This document shows positions 1 through 9,278 of a stretch of 58,889 nucleotides of DNA, piece by piece. This DNA comes from an uncultured Microbacterium sp. Its GTDB lineage: Bacteria; Actinomycetota; Actinomycetes; Actinomycetales; Microbacteriaceae. A model generated the notes under the pieces. The model was not told the DNA's origin and ran no database searches. It was given only the letters and a program-made list of their open reading frames with translations. Both the position numbers and the translations under genes were made by a program. Within the stretch, counting starts at the first letter, position 1. Every line of letters begins with the position of its first letter. The stretch covers positions 1 through 58,889 of the forward strand of contig CAXTES010000002.1 in assembly GCA_964243215.1 (NCBI GenBank), written 5' to 3'.

Positions 1-2
1 TC

Positions 3-374
3 CGTGCGCCGTATTACCGCATCGTCGTGGCCGACTCGCGCACCAAGCGCGACGGGCGTGTCATCGAAGAGATCGGCAAGTACCACCCGACCGAGGAGCC
101 CTCGCTCATCGAGGTCGATTCCGACCGCGCCCAGTACTGGCTCGGCGTCGGCGCGCAGCCGACCGAGCAGGTGCGGGCGCTGCTGAAGCTCACCGGCGAC
201 TGGGGTCGCCACCAGGGCGACGCGAACGCCGTTTCGACGGTGAGGACCGCCGAGCCGAAGCAGGCATTCGCAGCGGATGACGCCAAGAGTTCGGTCGTGC
301 GGCCCAAGGCTGAGAAGAAGGCCCCGGCCGAGGCATCCGTCGACGACGCCGCCGCCGCGACCGACGACGCGTAG
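3..374 (+). CDS. rpsP: 30S ribosomal protein S16 (5' truncated by window edge)
   Basis: [29 protein letters not shown]...[14 protein letters not shown] is the S16 signature; first gene of the rpsP-khpA-rimM-trmD operon. Confidence 0.97.
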   Translation, partial: RAPYYRIVVADSRTKRDGRVIEEIGKYHPTEEPSLIEVDSDRAQYWLGVGAQPTEQVRALLKLTGDWGRHQGDANAVSTVRTAEPKQAFAADDAKSSVVRPKAEKKAPAEASVDDAAAATDDA

Positions 375-376
375 AC

Positions 377-607
377 GTGCTCGCTGCCGCGCTCGCGCAC
401 GTCGTTAAGGGGATCGTGGATCACCCGGACGACGTGCGCATCGACTCATCCACCTCGTCGCGCGGGGACGTGCTGGAAGTGCACGTCCACCCCGACGATC
501 GCGGGCGGGTCATCGGGCGCGGCGGCCGTACCGCGAAGGCGTTGCGGACCCTGATCACCGCGCTCGCGGACGGCCGGCGCGTGCGCGTCGACGTCGCGGA
601 CGACTGA
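377..607 (+). CDS. khpA: KH-domain RNA-binding protein KhpA
   Basis: 76 aa; VKGIVDHPDDV and DRGRVIGRGGRTAKALR (KH GxxG); position between rpsP and rimM. Confidence 0.93.
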   Translation: MLAAALAHVVKGIVDHPDDVRIDSSTSSRGDVLEVHVHPDDRGRVIGRGGRTAKALRTLITALADGRRVRVDVADD

Positions 608-608
608 C

Positions 609-1250
609 ATGCCCGACGCCAGGCGGACCGCCAGACCGCCGCGGCCCGCCAGGAACCAGTTGCGGGTCGGCCGCCTCGTCAAAGCGCACGGCCTGAAGGG
701 CGCTCTCAAGCTCGAGCTGTACACCGACGAACCGGATCGCCGATTCGTGCCGGGTGCAAGCTTCACGCTGCAGGTGCCCGAATCTTCGCCGTGGCACGGC
801 AAGACCGTCACCGTGCGCGAGTTCAAGTGGATGAACTCCCACGCCGTCGTCTTCCTGGAGGACGTGGATGATCGCACCGCGGCCGAGAGCCTCGTGCGCG
901 CGATCCTGTGGATGGAACAGGATGACAGCGCCGATCCGGTCGAGGACGACGCGTGGTACGACCACCAGTTGGTCGGACTCGAGGTGGTGCGCGACCAGGA
1001 GACCGTGGGACGCGTCGTCAGGGTGGACCACATGCCCGCGCAGGACCTGCTGATCGTCCGCGTCGCCGACGACCGCGAGGTGCTCGTGCCGTTCGTCAAG
1101 GCGATCGTGCCCGAGGTGGACATCGCGGCCGGCCGCGTCGTCGTCACCCCGCCGGTGGGGCTGTTCGAAGACCCGCCGGCCGACGAGGACGCCCCGCTGC
1201 AGCAACCCACGGAGCAGCAACCCGCGGAGCAGCAGACCACGGAGCAGTGA
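609..1250 (+). CDS. rimM: Ribosome maturation factor RimM
   Basis: [37 protein letters not shown]; operon context. Confidence 0.95.
   Translation: MPDARRTARPPRPARNQLRVGRLVKAHGLKGALKLELYTDEPDRRFVPGASFTLQVPESSPWHGKTVTVREFKWMNSHAVVFLEDVDDRTAAESLVRAILWMEQDDSADPVEDDAWYDHQLVGLEVVRDQETVGRVVRVDHMPAQDLLIVRVADDREVLVPFVKAIVPEVDIAAGRVVVTPPVGLFEDPPADEDAPLQQPTEQQPAEQQTTEQ
1200..1247 (+). repeat. 15-bp in-frame tandem repeat (about 3.2 copies) encoding [16 protein letters not shown] at the RimM C-terminus
   Basis: cagcaacccacggag / cagcaacccgcggag / cagcagaccacggag / cag. Confidence 0.85.
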
Positions 1251-1251
1251 C

Positions 1252-1932
1252 GTGCGCATCGACGTCGTGACGATCTTCCCGGCGTTCTTCGACGTTCTCG
1301 AGGTGTCGCTGCTCGGAAGGGCGCGCGAGCGCGGGCTGCTCGACTTCCGCGTGCACGACCTGCGCGACCACACCCACGACCGGCACCGCACTGTCGACGA
1401 CACCCCGTACGGCGGGGGCGCGGGCATGGTCATGAAGCCCGAGCCGTGGGGCGAGGCGCTCGACTCGCTGGCGGACGACGACCGGCCGGTCATCGTCTTC
1501 CCCTCGCCGGCGGGAGAGCTGTTCACCCAGGCGACGGCGCGCGAGCTCGCAGCGGCATCCCGCATCGTGTTCGGCTGCGGCAGGTACGAGGGCATCGACG
1601 AGCGTGTCGTCGAGTACGCCGCCACGCTCGGCGAGGTGCGCGTGCTCAGTCTCGGCGATTACGTGCTCAACGGCGGCGAGGTCGCCGCCATGGCGATGAT
1701 CGAGGCGATCGGGCGGCTGATCCCCGGCGTGGTGGGCAACCCGGACAGCCTCGCCGAGGAGTCGCACGAGGACGGGATGCTGGAATATCCGTCGTACACC
1801 AAACCTGCGCAGTGGCGGGATCGTGCGGTGCCGGCGGTGCTGCTCAGCGGAAACCACGCCGCGATCGCGCAATGGCGCCGCCAGCAGCAGGTCGAGCGCA
1901 CCCGGCGACGCCGGCCGGACCTGCTGGACTGA
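1252..1932 (+). CDS. trmD: tRNA (guanine37-N1)-methyltransferase
   Basis: [39 protein letters not shown]. Confidence 0.97.
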   Translation: MRIDVVTIFPAFFDVLEVSLLGRARERGLLDFRVHDLRDHTHDRHRTVDDTPYGGGAGMVMKPEPWGEALDSLADDDRPVIVFPSPAGELFTQATARELAAASRIVFGCGRYEGIDERVVEYAATLGEVRVLSLGDYVLNGGEVAAMAMIEAIGRLIPGVVGNPDSLAEESHEDGMLEYPSYTKPAQWRDRAVPAVLLSGNHAAIAQWRRQQQVERTRRRRPDLLD

Positions 1933-1994
1933 CCCCGATGCCCGGGAGGGCGACGGGAAGGGCCAGACTGTTGCTCACACCCGGAAGGAGCGCG

Positions 1995-3416
1995 ATGCGC
2001 CGCGCCAAGATCGTTGCAACACTCGGTCCGTCGACATCGTCGTACGAGGTCGTCGAGTCGCTCGTGCGGGCGGGACTCGACGTCGCACGCCTGAACCTCA
2101 GCCACGGCGAGTACGCCGTCCACGAGCAGGCGTACTGGAACGTGCGGCGCGCGAGCGATTCGACCGGTCGCGCGGTCGGCATCCTCGTCGACCTGCAGGG
2201 GCCGAAGATCCGGCTCGGGCGCTTCGCGGACGGCCCGCACGTGTTGCGGCCCGGTGACGCATTCACGATCACCACCGAGGATGTCGTCGGCACGAAGGAC
2301 ATCGTCGGCACGACGTTTCCGCAGTTAGCCGGCGACGTGGTGCCCGGGGACACCCTGCTCATCGACGACGGCAAGGTACGGCTGCGGGTGATCGACACCG
2401 ACGGTGTGCGGGTGCGCACCGAGGTCGTCGTCGGCGGGACAGTGTCCAACAACAAGGGGATCAACCTGCCCGGCGTCGCCGTCAGCGCCCCGGCGATGAG
2501 CGAGAAGGACGAAGCCGACCTGCGGTGGGCGCTGGCGCTCGGTGCCGACCTGGTCGCGCTGTCGTTCGTGCGGTCACCGAGAGACGCTCAGCGGCCGCGG
2601 GTGATCATGGCCGAGGAGGGGCGGCGCATCCCGATCATCGCCAAGATCGAGAAGCCCGAGGCGGTCGAGCATCTGCAGGAGATCATCGACGCGTTCGACG
2701 GGGTGATGGTCGCGCGCGGCGACCTCGGCGTCGAGCTGCCGCTGGCGGATGTCCCCATCGTTCAAAAGCACGCCATCGAGCTCGCCCGGCGCTGGGCCAA
2801 GCCCGTGATCGTCGCGACCCAGATGCTCGAGTCGATGATCGTCAACCCGGTGCCGACGCGGGCGGAGACCTCGGATGTCGCCAATGCGGTGCTGGACGGG
2901 GCGGATGCCGTGATGCTGTCGGGCGAGACGAGCGTCGGTGCGCACCCCGTCACCGTGGTGGAGACCATGGTCCGGATCGTGTCGTCGACCGAGGAGCATG
3001 GCCTTGACCGCATCCCGGCGCTGGGCACGAAGCCGCGCACGCAGGGCGGCGCGATGACGCTGGCCGCCGTCACGATCGCCGACTTCGTCGAGGCGCGCTA
3101 CCTGTGCGTCTTCAGTCAGTCCGGCGACTCCGCGCGGCGCATGGCGCGGCTACGGCACGAGATCCCCATCCTGGCTCTCACCGACCTGCCCAGCACGCGG
3201 TCCCGCCTCGCGCTGACGTGGGGTGTCGAGCCGTTCCTCGTGCCGCGGGTGCCCACCACCGACGAGCTGATGATGGTTCTCGACGATGCGGTGATCGCCG
3301 CCGGTCGCGCCGAGGCGGGGGACAAGGTCGTCGTCACCGCCGGGGCGCCCCCGGGCATCGAGGGCTCTACCAACAACGTGCGCGTCCACATCGTCGGCGC
3401 GCTGCACGGCGAGTGA
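1995..3416 (+). CDS. pyk: Pyruvate kinase
   Basis: MRRAKIVATLGP start after RBS aaggag (1985-1990); ARLNLSHG, DLQGPKIR, MVARGDLGVE, ATQMLESM, PTRAETSDVANAVLDGADAVMLSGET. Confidence 0.96.
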   Translation: MRRAKIVATLGPSTSSYEVVESLVRAGLDVARLNLSHGEYAVHEQAYWNVRRASDSTGRAVGILVDLQGPKIRLGRFADGPHVLRPGDAFTITTEDVVGTKDIVGTTFPQLAGDVVPGDTLLIDDGKVRLRVIDTDGVRVRTEVVVGGTVSNNKGINLPGVAVSAPAMSEKDEADLRWALALGADLVALSFVRSPRDAQRPRVIMAEEGRRIPIIAKIEKPEAVEHLQEIIDAFDGVMVARGDLGVELPLADVPIVQKHAIELARRWAKPVIVATQMLESMIVNPVPTRAETSDVANAVLDGADAVMLSGETSVGAHPVTVVETMVRIVSSTEEHGLDRIPALGTKPRTQGGAMTLAAVTIADFVEARYLCVFSQSGDSARRMARLRHEIPILALTDLPSTRSRLALTWGVEPFLVPRVPTTDELMMVLDDAVIAAGRAEAGDKVVVTAGAPPGIEGSTNNVRVHIVGALHGE

Positions 3417-3423
3417 CGCGGAC

Positions 3424-4206
3424 CTAGGCGACTCCGAGGAACGCGCGGTCGGTCAGCACGATCGGGCCGTCCTCGGTGACGGCCACCGTGTGCTCGGAGT
3501 GCGCGCCGCGTGAGCCGTCGGCGCTGCGCAGCGTCCATCCGTCCGCGTCGGTGACCAGCTCGTCGGTGGTCGCGAGGAACCACGGCTCCAGCGCGACCAC
3601 GAGTCCAGCGCGCAGCGGATAGCCGCGCTCGGGCTTGCCGTCGTTGGGAACGTGCGGGTCGCCGTGCATCACCCGCCCCACCCCGTGGCCGCCGAAGTCG
3701 GTGTTGATCGCGTACCCCTCGCCGGGCGCGACCTCGGCGATCGCGTGGGAGACGTCGCCGATCCGGTGGCCCACGGTCGCGGCGGCGATCGCGGCATCCA
3801 GCGCACGCTCACTGGTGTCGATGAGGCGCAGATCCTCGTCGCGCGGTGTGCCGACGACGAATGAGACCGCGGAGTCGGCGACCCAGCCGTCGACCGATGC
3901 GGCGAAGTCGAGCGACACCAGGTCGCCGTCGCGCAACGCGTAATCGTGGGGGAGGCCGTGCAGCACCGCATCGTTGATCGAGGTGCAGATCACCTTGCCG
4001 AACGGGCTGGCCCCGAACGACGGGTGGTAGTCGATGTAGCAGGATTCCGCGCCGGCCCGGCGGATCATGTCGTGCGCGTGCCGGTCGATCGCGAGCAGGT
4101 TCGTGCCCACCGCCGTCTCGTCGCGCAGGGTCGCGAGCACCTCCGCCACGAAGCGTCCCGCCGGGCGCATCTGCTCGATCTCGGCCGGTGTGCGCAACTC
4201 GATCAT
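3424..4206 (-). CDS. map: Type I methionine aminopeptidase
   Basis: ICTSINDAVLHGLP, DGWVADSA, GGHGVG, ALEP, HSEHTVAVT; start MIELRTPAEI after ggaagga. Confidence 0.95.
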   Translation of the reverse strand: MIELRTPAEIEQMRPAGRFVAEVLATLRDETAVGTNLLAIDRHAHDMIRRAGAESCYIDYHPSFGASPFGKVICTSINDAVLHGLPHDYALRDGDLVSLDFAASVDGWVADSAVSFVVGTPRDEDLRLIDTSERALDAAIAAATVGHRIGDVSHAIAEVAPGEGYAINTDFGGHGVGRVMHGDPHVPNDGKPERGYPLRAGLVVALEPWFLATTDELVTDADGWTLRSADGSRGAHSEHTVAVTEDGPIVLTDRAFLGVA

Positions 4207-4306
4207 CGTGTTCCTTCCGGGGTTGCATCCATTGTGTCCGATGGGTCGCCTGAGAGGATGCCGGGCGGCCGGCGCCGCCACGAGGGCGGGGCGTAGCATC
4301 GACGAC

Positions 4307-4795
4307 ATGTGGCTTCGGCGGGCGTACTACGGCTGGCTGATCCCGGCTGCCTTTCTGCTGCCGCTGTGGCTGCTGCTCGGATGGGGCGTCTTCGACGCCG
4401 GCGGCTGGGCATTCCTGTGGGTGCTGTTCATCGCCGTGCCATCGGTGTTCGCCGGACAGCTCGCACTCACGGTCCTGGTGCGCGCACGCACGTCGGCGAG
4501 GTCGCGGCGAGCGGTGTCGTGGCCGGATGTCGCGGGCTTCACGGTGTGGCACGCCCTGACCTTCGCGCTCGGGTTCTACACCCAAGCGTGGTGGGCCCCG
4601 GTGTTCGTGCTGACCGTAGCCGTCGGGCTCGGCCTGTTCTGGCTCGAGGTGTGGCAATTATGGCGCGAGGCGACGACGACGCGACTGCTGATCAGCGCCG
4701 TCACCGGGGTCGACTCGATCGCCCCGCGGTCGCGTTCCACCGCCCCTGCCCGCGACGTCTACGTCCTCAGCGAGCGGGCACCGGCGCGACGCTGA
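4307..4795 (+). CDS. Hypothetical membrane protein (about 4 TM helices)
   Basis: Hydrophobic Trp-rich segments; TAGCAT -10 lies 7 nt before ATG (leaderless). Confidence 0.75.
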   Translation: MWLRRAYYGWLIPAAFLLPLWLLLGWGVFDAGGWAFLWVLFIAVPSVFAGQLALTVLVRARTSARSRRAVSWPDVAGFTVWHALTFALGFYTQAWWAPVFVLTVAVGLGLFWLEVWQLWREATTTRLLISAVTGVDSIAPRSRSTAPARDVYVLSERAPARR

Positions 4796-4839
4796 GCGCG
4801 TTTTGGCCGGGTTCGGCATCCATGGCACAATGGATGTTT

Positions 4840-4944
4840 GTGCCCTGACGGGGTTCTGCCTCAGGGGGACCCGCCGCAAGGCCTGAGCCGGCGGCTGCGG
4901 GCACGACTTCCACCATCGCATCGCGCTCGACCTGAGGCGGGTGC
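4840..4944 (+). promoter_or_regulatory. Putative structured rplS 5' leader (two hairpins with complementary loops)
   Basis: Hairpin 4849-4873 has loop GCCTCAGG; hairpin 4923-4944 has loop ACCTGAGG; outer pairing gtgccc 4840-4845 with gggcac 4899-4904; candidate -10 CACAAT at 4826-4831. Confidence 0.5.
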
Positions 4945-4958
4945 AGAGAGAGACGATC

Positions 4959-5306
4959 ATGCAGATCCTCGACGCCGTCGACGCGGCCTCGCTCCGCTCC
5001 GACATCCCCCCGTTCAGCCCCGGCGACACCGTCAAGGTGCACGTCAACATCACCGAGGGCAACCGGTCGCGCATCCAGGTCTTCCAGGGGGTCGTCATCG
5101 GCCGATCCGGAGACGGCGTGCGCGAGACGTTCACGGTCCGCAAGATCAGCTTCCAGGTGGGCGTCGAGCGCACCTTCCCGGTGCACAGCCCCGTCATCGA
5201 CCACATCGAGGTCGTCACGCGCGGCGATGTGCGCCGAGCCAAGCTCTACTACCTGCGCAACCTCCGCGGCAAGAAGGCCAAGATCAAGGAGAAGCGCGAC
5301 AACTGA
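4959..5306 (+). CDS. rplS: 50S ribosomal protein L19
   Basis: [52 protein letters not shown]. Confidence 0.98.
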   Translation: MQILDAVDAASLRSDIPPFSPGDTVKVHVNITEGNRSRIQVFQGVVIGRSGDGVRETFTVRKISFQVGVERTFPVHSPVIDHIEVVTRGDVRRAKLYYLRNLRGKKAKIKEKRDN

Positions 5307-5316
5307 CCGTCGCCAT

Positions 5317-5347
5317 CGACGCCCCGGGCTCCGCGCTCGGGGCGTCG
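5317..5347 (+). terminator. GC-rich hairpin after rplS (putative intrinsic terminator, no U-tract)
   Basis: cgacgccccgggc-tccgc-gctcggggcgtcg, 13-bp stem including one G-U pair. Confidence 0.6.
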
Positions 5348-5488
5348 CCGCATTGCGGGATGCGTCGGTCCGTGGCATCCGGGAATCCGCCGTATTCGCG
5401 GCCCAGCGGTCACGATGCACGGTCGCTGATGTGCGACGCTTGACAGTGCGGCCACCCACATGCGGCGTGCCCGGCGGCGAAGGACCCC

Positions 5489-6268
5489 ATGACCAGCGAG
5501 ACCACGGCGGGCGCGGCCAGTGATCCGGCGATCCCGGTGATCCGGCGCGAGGAACCGGTCCGCCGCCGTGGCTGGGTCACATTCCTGCGGGACGTGCTCA
5601 TCATCGTGCTGGTCGCGGTGCTGGTTTCGTTCCTGGTCAAGACGTTCCTCGTCCGCTCGTTCTACATCCCGTCGCAGTCGATGGAAGACACGCTGCTCGT
5701 CCAGGACCGCATCCTCGTCGACGAGATCACCCCGAAGTTCGGCGGCTACGCGCGCGGGGATGTCGTGGTGTTCCGCGATCCGGGCGGCTGGCTTCCGATC
5801 TCGCAGCCCGACGCCCGCCCCGCGATCGTGCAGGGCGTCGATTGGATGCTGTCTCTGGTGGGGCTGTCCGCTCCCGACAGTGACGACCACCTGATCAAGC
5901 GCGTCATCGGACTGCCCGGCGACCATGTCATCTGTTGCGACGCGATCGGGCAGATCACCGTCAACGGCGTGCCGATCGACGAGACGTCCTACGTGAAGCT
6001 GCAACCGGGCGAGACCGTCCCGGAGACGGTTCCGTTCGACGTCACGGTGCCGGCGGATTCGCTGTGGGTGCTCGGTGACAACCGCGACCGGTCCAAGGAC
6101 TCGCGATACAACCAGGAGCAGCCGGGCAAGGGTTTCGTGCCTCTGGGCAACGTGGTCGGGCGTGCGTTCGTCATCACGTGGCCGTTCGACCGCTTCGGCG
6201 CGATCGACTTCCACCACCAGGTGTTCGCCGGTGTCCCCGACCCTACGAAGGCCGGCGCGTCGCCGTGA
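5489..6268 (+). CDS. lepB: Signal peptidase I
   Basis: N-terminal TM, IPSQSMEDTL (catalytic Ser), LIKRVIGLPGD (Lys), GDNRDRSKDSR. Confidence 0.96.
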   Translation: MTSETTAGAASDPAIPVIRREEPVRRRGWVTFLRDVLIIVLVAVLVSFLVKTFLVRSFYIPSQSMEDTLLVQDRILVDEITPKFGGYARGDVVVFRDPGGWLPISQPDARPAIVQGVDWMLSLVGLSAPDSDDHLIKRVIGLPGDHVICCDAIGQITVNGVPIDETSYVKLQPGETVPETVPFDVTVPADSLWVLGDNRDRSKDSRYNQEQPGKGFVPLGNVVGRAFVITWPFDRFGAIDFHHQVFAGVPDPTKAGASP

Positions 6269-6924
6269 CCGTCGTCGAGCCGCGGCTGACGCTCGAGCGG
6301 AGACTCCTGAAGGAGCGTCCGGTGATCATCGCGTGCGACGAGGTCGGACGTGGGGCGCTCGCCGGGCCGGTCGCTGTCGGCGCGGTGGCGGTCGACGCGC
6401 CGCGGGCGCGCAAGCGCGTGCCGGCCGGGCTGCGGGACTCCAAACTCGTGCCCGAGCCCAAGCGGGCGGCGGTCGCGAGCCGGGCGGCAGCGTGGGTGGG
6501 CGGGTCCGCCGTGGGCTGGGCGAGTTCGATCGAGATCGACGAGTTCGGCATCATGCGCGCGCTCGGCCTGGCGGCGATCCGGGCCATCGCCGACCTGCAG
6601 GCGCACGGGGTGGTCGCCGAGGAAGCCATCGTGATCCTCGACGGCAACTACGACTACATCTCCCCGGCGGGCGCCGTCGGCCTGACGGTGCGCCCGGTGA
6701 TAAAGGCCGATCGCGACTGCGCGAGCGCGGCCGCGGCATCCGTCATCGCCAAGGTCGCGCGCGACGCGCTGATGACGGGTCTTCACGACGAGCTGCCCGC
6801 CTACGAGTGGGCGCGCAACAAGGGGTACGCGAGCCCCGAGCACCGTGAGGCGATCCGCGCGCACGGTCTGAGCGCGCATCACCGGTCGTCGTGGGCGATC
6901 GCGGAGTGGCCGACGCTGTTCTGA
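6265..6924 (+). CDS. rnhB: Ribonuclease HII
   Basis: CDEVGRGALAGPV, LRDSK, ILDGN, AAASVIAKVARD, NKGY; GTGA overlap with lepB stop. Confidence 0.95.
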   Translation: MTVVEPRLTLERRLLKERPVIIACDEVGRGALAGPVAVGAVAVDAPRARKRVPAGLRDSKLVPEPKRAAVASRAAAWVGGSAVGWASSIEIDEFGIMRALGLAAIRAIADLQAHGVVAEEAIVILDGNYDYISPAGAVGLTVRPVIKADRDCASAAAASVIAKVARDALMTGLHDELPAYEWARNKGYASPEHREAIRAHGLSAHHRSSWAIAEWPTLF

Positions 6925-6930
6925 GGCGCG

Positions 6931-7254
6931 TCAGCTGTCCAGCGACAGCTCCTCCGGCAGGTGGAAGTCCCGGCGGGACAGTTCCTCCACGTTGACGTCC
7001 TTGAACGTGAGCACCCGAACGCTCTTTACGAAGCGGTCGGCCCGGTAGATGTCCCAGACCCACACGTCGGTCATCGTGATTTCGAAATAGAAGTCGTGCT
7101 CGGTGTCGCGGCGGACGACGTTGACCTCGTTGGCGAGGTAGAACCGGCGCTCCGTCTCGATCACGTACTGGAACTGCGAGACGACGTCTCGATACTCCTT
7201 GTAGAGAGCGAGTTCCAGCTCGCGGTCGTAATCCTCGAAGACGTCGTCATCCAT
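6931..7254 (-). CDS. DUF2469 family protein
   Basis: ELALYKEYRDVV...ETERRFYLAN...VWVWDIYRADRFVKSVRVLTFKDVNVEEL; TAGGAT -10 upstream on minus strand (7264-7269). Confidence 0.9.
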   Translation of the reverse strand: MDDDVFEDYDRELELALYKEYRDVVSQFQYVIETERRFYLANEVNVVRRDTEHDFYFEITMTDVWVWDIYRADRFVKSVRVLTFKDVNVEELSRRDFHLPEELSLDS

Positions 7255-7392
7255 GGTGTGTCCATCCTAGAGGCGGCTCGCCGCGTGCATCGTCGACCCC
7301 ACCGGCGGCCGATTCCGGGGCGTGCGGACCGAGTTCGCCAGACCGCGGGATCCGGCGGATCGCGACGTGGTCGCCCCGGCGACGATGGCGTC

Positions 7393-7755
7393 ATGGCGGA
7401 AAAGGATGTGCTGGGGCGAGCCGGTGAGGAGCGCGCCGCGGCCTACCTCGCGGAGCTGGGCTGTACGGTGCTCGACCGCAACTGGCGCGCGCCCGGCGGC
7501 GAGTTGGACCTCGTCGTCGCCGACGGACGCGAGATCGTCGTCGTCGAGGTCAAGACCCGTCGCGGCCTCGGTTTCGGGCATCCTCTCGAAGCGGTCGACG
7601 ATCGGAAGCGCCGGCGCCTGTGGCGCCTCGCGATGGCGTGGGCGGTCGCTCACCCGAAGCACGCGCGAGGACGCGACATCCGCCTCGATGCCATCGCGAT
7701 CGTGGGCGCCGATCCGGCGACCGGGTCGCTCGAACACGTGCGGGACCTGCGGTGA
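7393..7755 (+). CDS. yraN: YraN (UPF0102) family PD-(D/E)xK nuclease-like protein
   Basis: LGRAGEERAA, LDRNWR, GELDLV, VEVKTR, RLDAIAI. Confidence 0.92.
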   Translation: MAEKDVLGRAGEERAAAYLAELGCTVLDRNWRAPGGELDLVVADGREIVVVEVKTRRGLGFGHPLEAVDDRKRRRLWRLAMAWAVAHPKHARGRDIRLDAIAIVGADPATGSLEHVRDLR

Positions 7756-9278
7756 GCGTTGCGCGCACCTGGGCCGTCGCCCTCGTGGGTCTGGAGGGGG
7801 CGCTCGTGGAGGTGGAGGCGGACCTGTCCAACCAGACACCCGGCTTCTCGATCATCGGCCTGCCCGACAAGGCGCTCGGCGAGGCGGCGCTTCGCGTGCA
7901 CAACGCGTGCGTGAACAGCGGGATGTCGCTGCCGCGGCGGCGGCTGACCGTCAATCTGTCGCCGGCGAGCCTGCCGAAGCAGGGGTCGGGGTTCGACGTG
8001 GCGATCGCGATCGCGTCGCTCGCGACCGAGCCGGGGATGGATGCCGCGTCGGTGGCGGCCACCGTGCACCTGGGTGAGCTCGGTCTGGACGGGCGGCTGC
8101 GACCGGTGGCCGGCGTGCTGCCTTCGGTGCTCGCCGCGGCACGGGCCGGAATCGGCCGCGTCATCGTCCCCTATGCGAACCGCGCGGAGGCCGAGCTGGT
8201 GGAGGGTGTCCGAGTTCTGGGCGCGGCCACGCTGGCCGATGTAGCTCGCGCCCACGGAGCCGACGTGATGGACATGAACGTCGAGCCGGTGACGGCCCCG
8301 CCGGCCCCCGAGGAGGCGCCGCCCGCGCTGGATCTGGCCGAGGTCATCGGCCAGCGCGAAGCGGTCGAGGCGCTCATCGTCGCCGCCGCGGGAGGCCACC
8401 ACCTGATGATGAGTGGGCCTCCGGGAGCCGGCAAGACGATGCTCGCCCGGCGTCTGCCGGGGATCCTGCCCGAACTGGACGATGCCGCGGCGCTGAGCGC
8501 GGCATCCGTCCGGTCGCTCGCGGGCGAATCGGTGACATCGCTGTCGCGGACTCCGCCGTTCGAGGCTCCGCATCACACCGCCAGCGTGGCATCGCTGGTT
8601 GGCGGCGGCTCTCGGCTGGTACGTCCGGGCGCGATCGCCCGCGCAAGCGAGGGCGTGCTGTTCCTGGACGAGGCGGGGGAGTTCCCCGCCTACGCCCTCG
8701 ACGCGCTGCGTCAGCCGCTCGAAAGCGGCTCGATCGTCATCCATCGCGCCGGGATGACGGCATCCTTCCCGGCGCGATTCCAGCTGGTCCTGGCCACCAA
8801 TCCGTGTCCGTGCGGCAACTACGGGGTGCGCGGCGCATCGTGCGACTGCGTTCCGCAGGCCATCCGCCGGTACCTCGGCCGGCTGTCGGGACCGTTGCTC
8901 GACCGCATCGACATCGAACTGTTCGTCGCGCGCGTCTCGGTGGCGCAGGCGGCCGCCGGCTCGGTCGTGACCACCACTGATGCCGCGCGCGAGCGGGTGC
9001 GCGAGGCGCGGGCGCGGGCGGCTCGGCGGCTGGCGCCCACGCCGTGGCGCGTCAACGCCGACGTATCCGGGTCGTGGCTGCGTCAGGGACCGTACGCTCC
9101 GACGCCGGTGGAGCGGCGCCCGCTGGATGCCGCGCTGCAGCGCGGTGCGATCACGCTGCGCGGCTACGACCGCGTACTGCGGGTCGCGTGGTCCAACGCC
9201 GACCTGGCCGGTCGGGATCGTCTGCGGCTGGACGACATCGGCCGTGCGCTGTACCTGAAGAAGGGGATCAACGCGTGA
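7752..9278 (+). CDS. comM: YifB/ComM Mg-chelatase-like AAA+ ATPase
   Basis: TVNLSPASLPKQGSGFD, GPPGAGKT, FEAPHH, GVLFLDE, ATNPCPCG, LSGPLLDRID. Confidence 0.94.
   Translation: MSVARTWAVALVGLEGALVEVEADLSNQTPGFSIIGLPDKALGEAALRVHNACVNSGMSLPRRRLTVNLSPASLPKQGSGFDVAIAIASLATEPGMDAASVAATVHLGELGLDGRLRPVAGVLPSVLAAARAGIGRVIVPYANRAEAELVEGVRVLGAATLADVARAHGADVMDMNVEPVTAPPAPEEAPPALDLAEVIGQREAVEALIVAAAGGHHLMMSGPPGAGKTMLARRLPGILPELDDAAALSAASVRSLAGESVTSLSRTPPFEAPHHTASVASLVGGGSRLVRPGAIARASEGVLFLDEAGEFPAYALDALRQPLESGSIVIHRAGMTASFPARFQLVLATNPCPCGNYGVRGASCDCVPQAIRRYLGRLSGPLLDRIDIELFVARVSVAQAAAGSVVTTTDAARERVREARARAARRLAPTPWRVNADVSGSWLRQGPYAPTPVERRPLDAALQRGAITLRGYDRVLRVAWSNADLAGRDRLRLDDIGRALYLKKGINA

Noticed and set aside
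1446-1994. N-terminal extension of pyruvate kinase overlapping trmD
   Set aside because: Arg-rich off-frame shadow; the RBS and canonical MRRAKIV start are at 1995.
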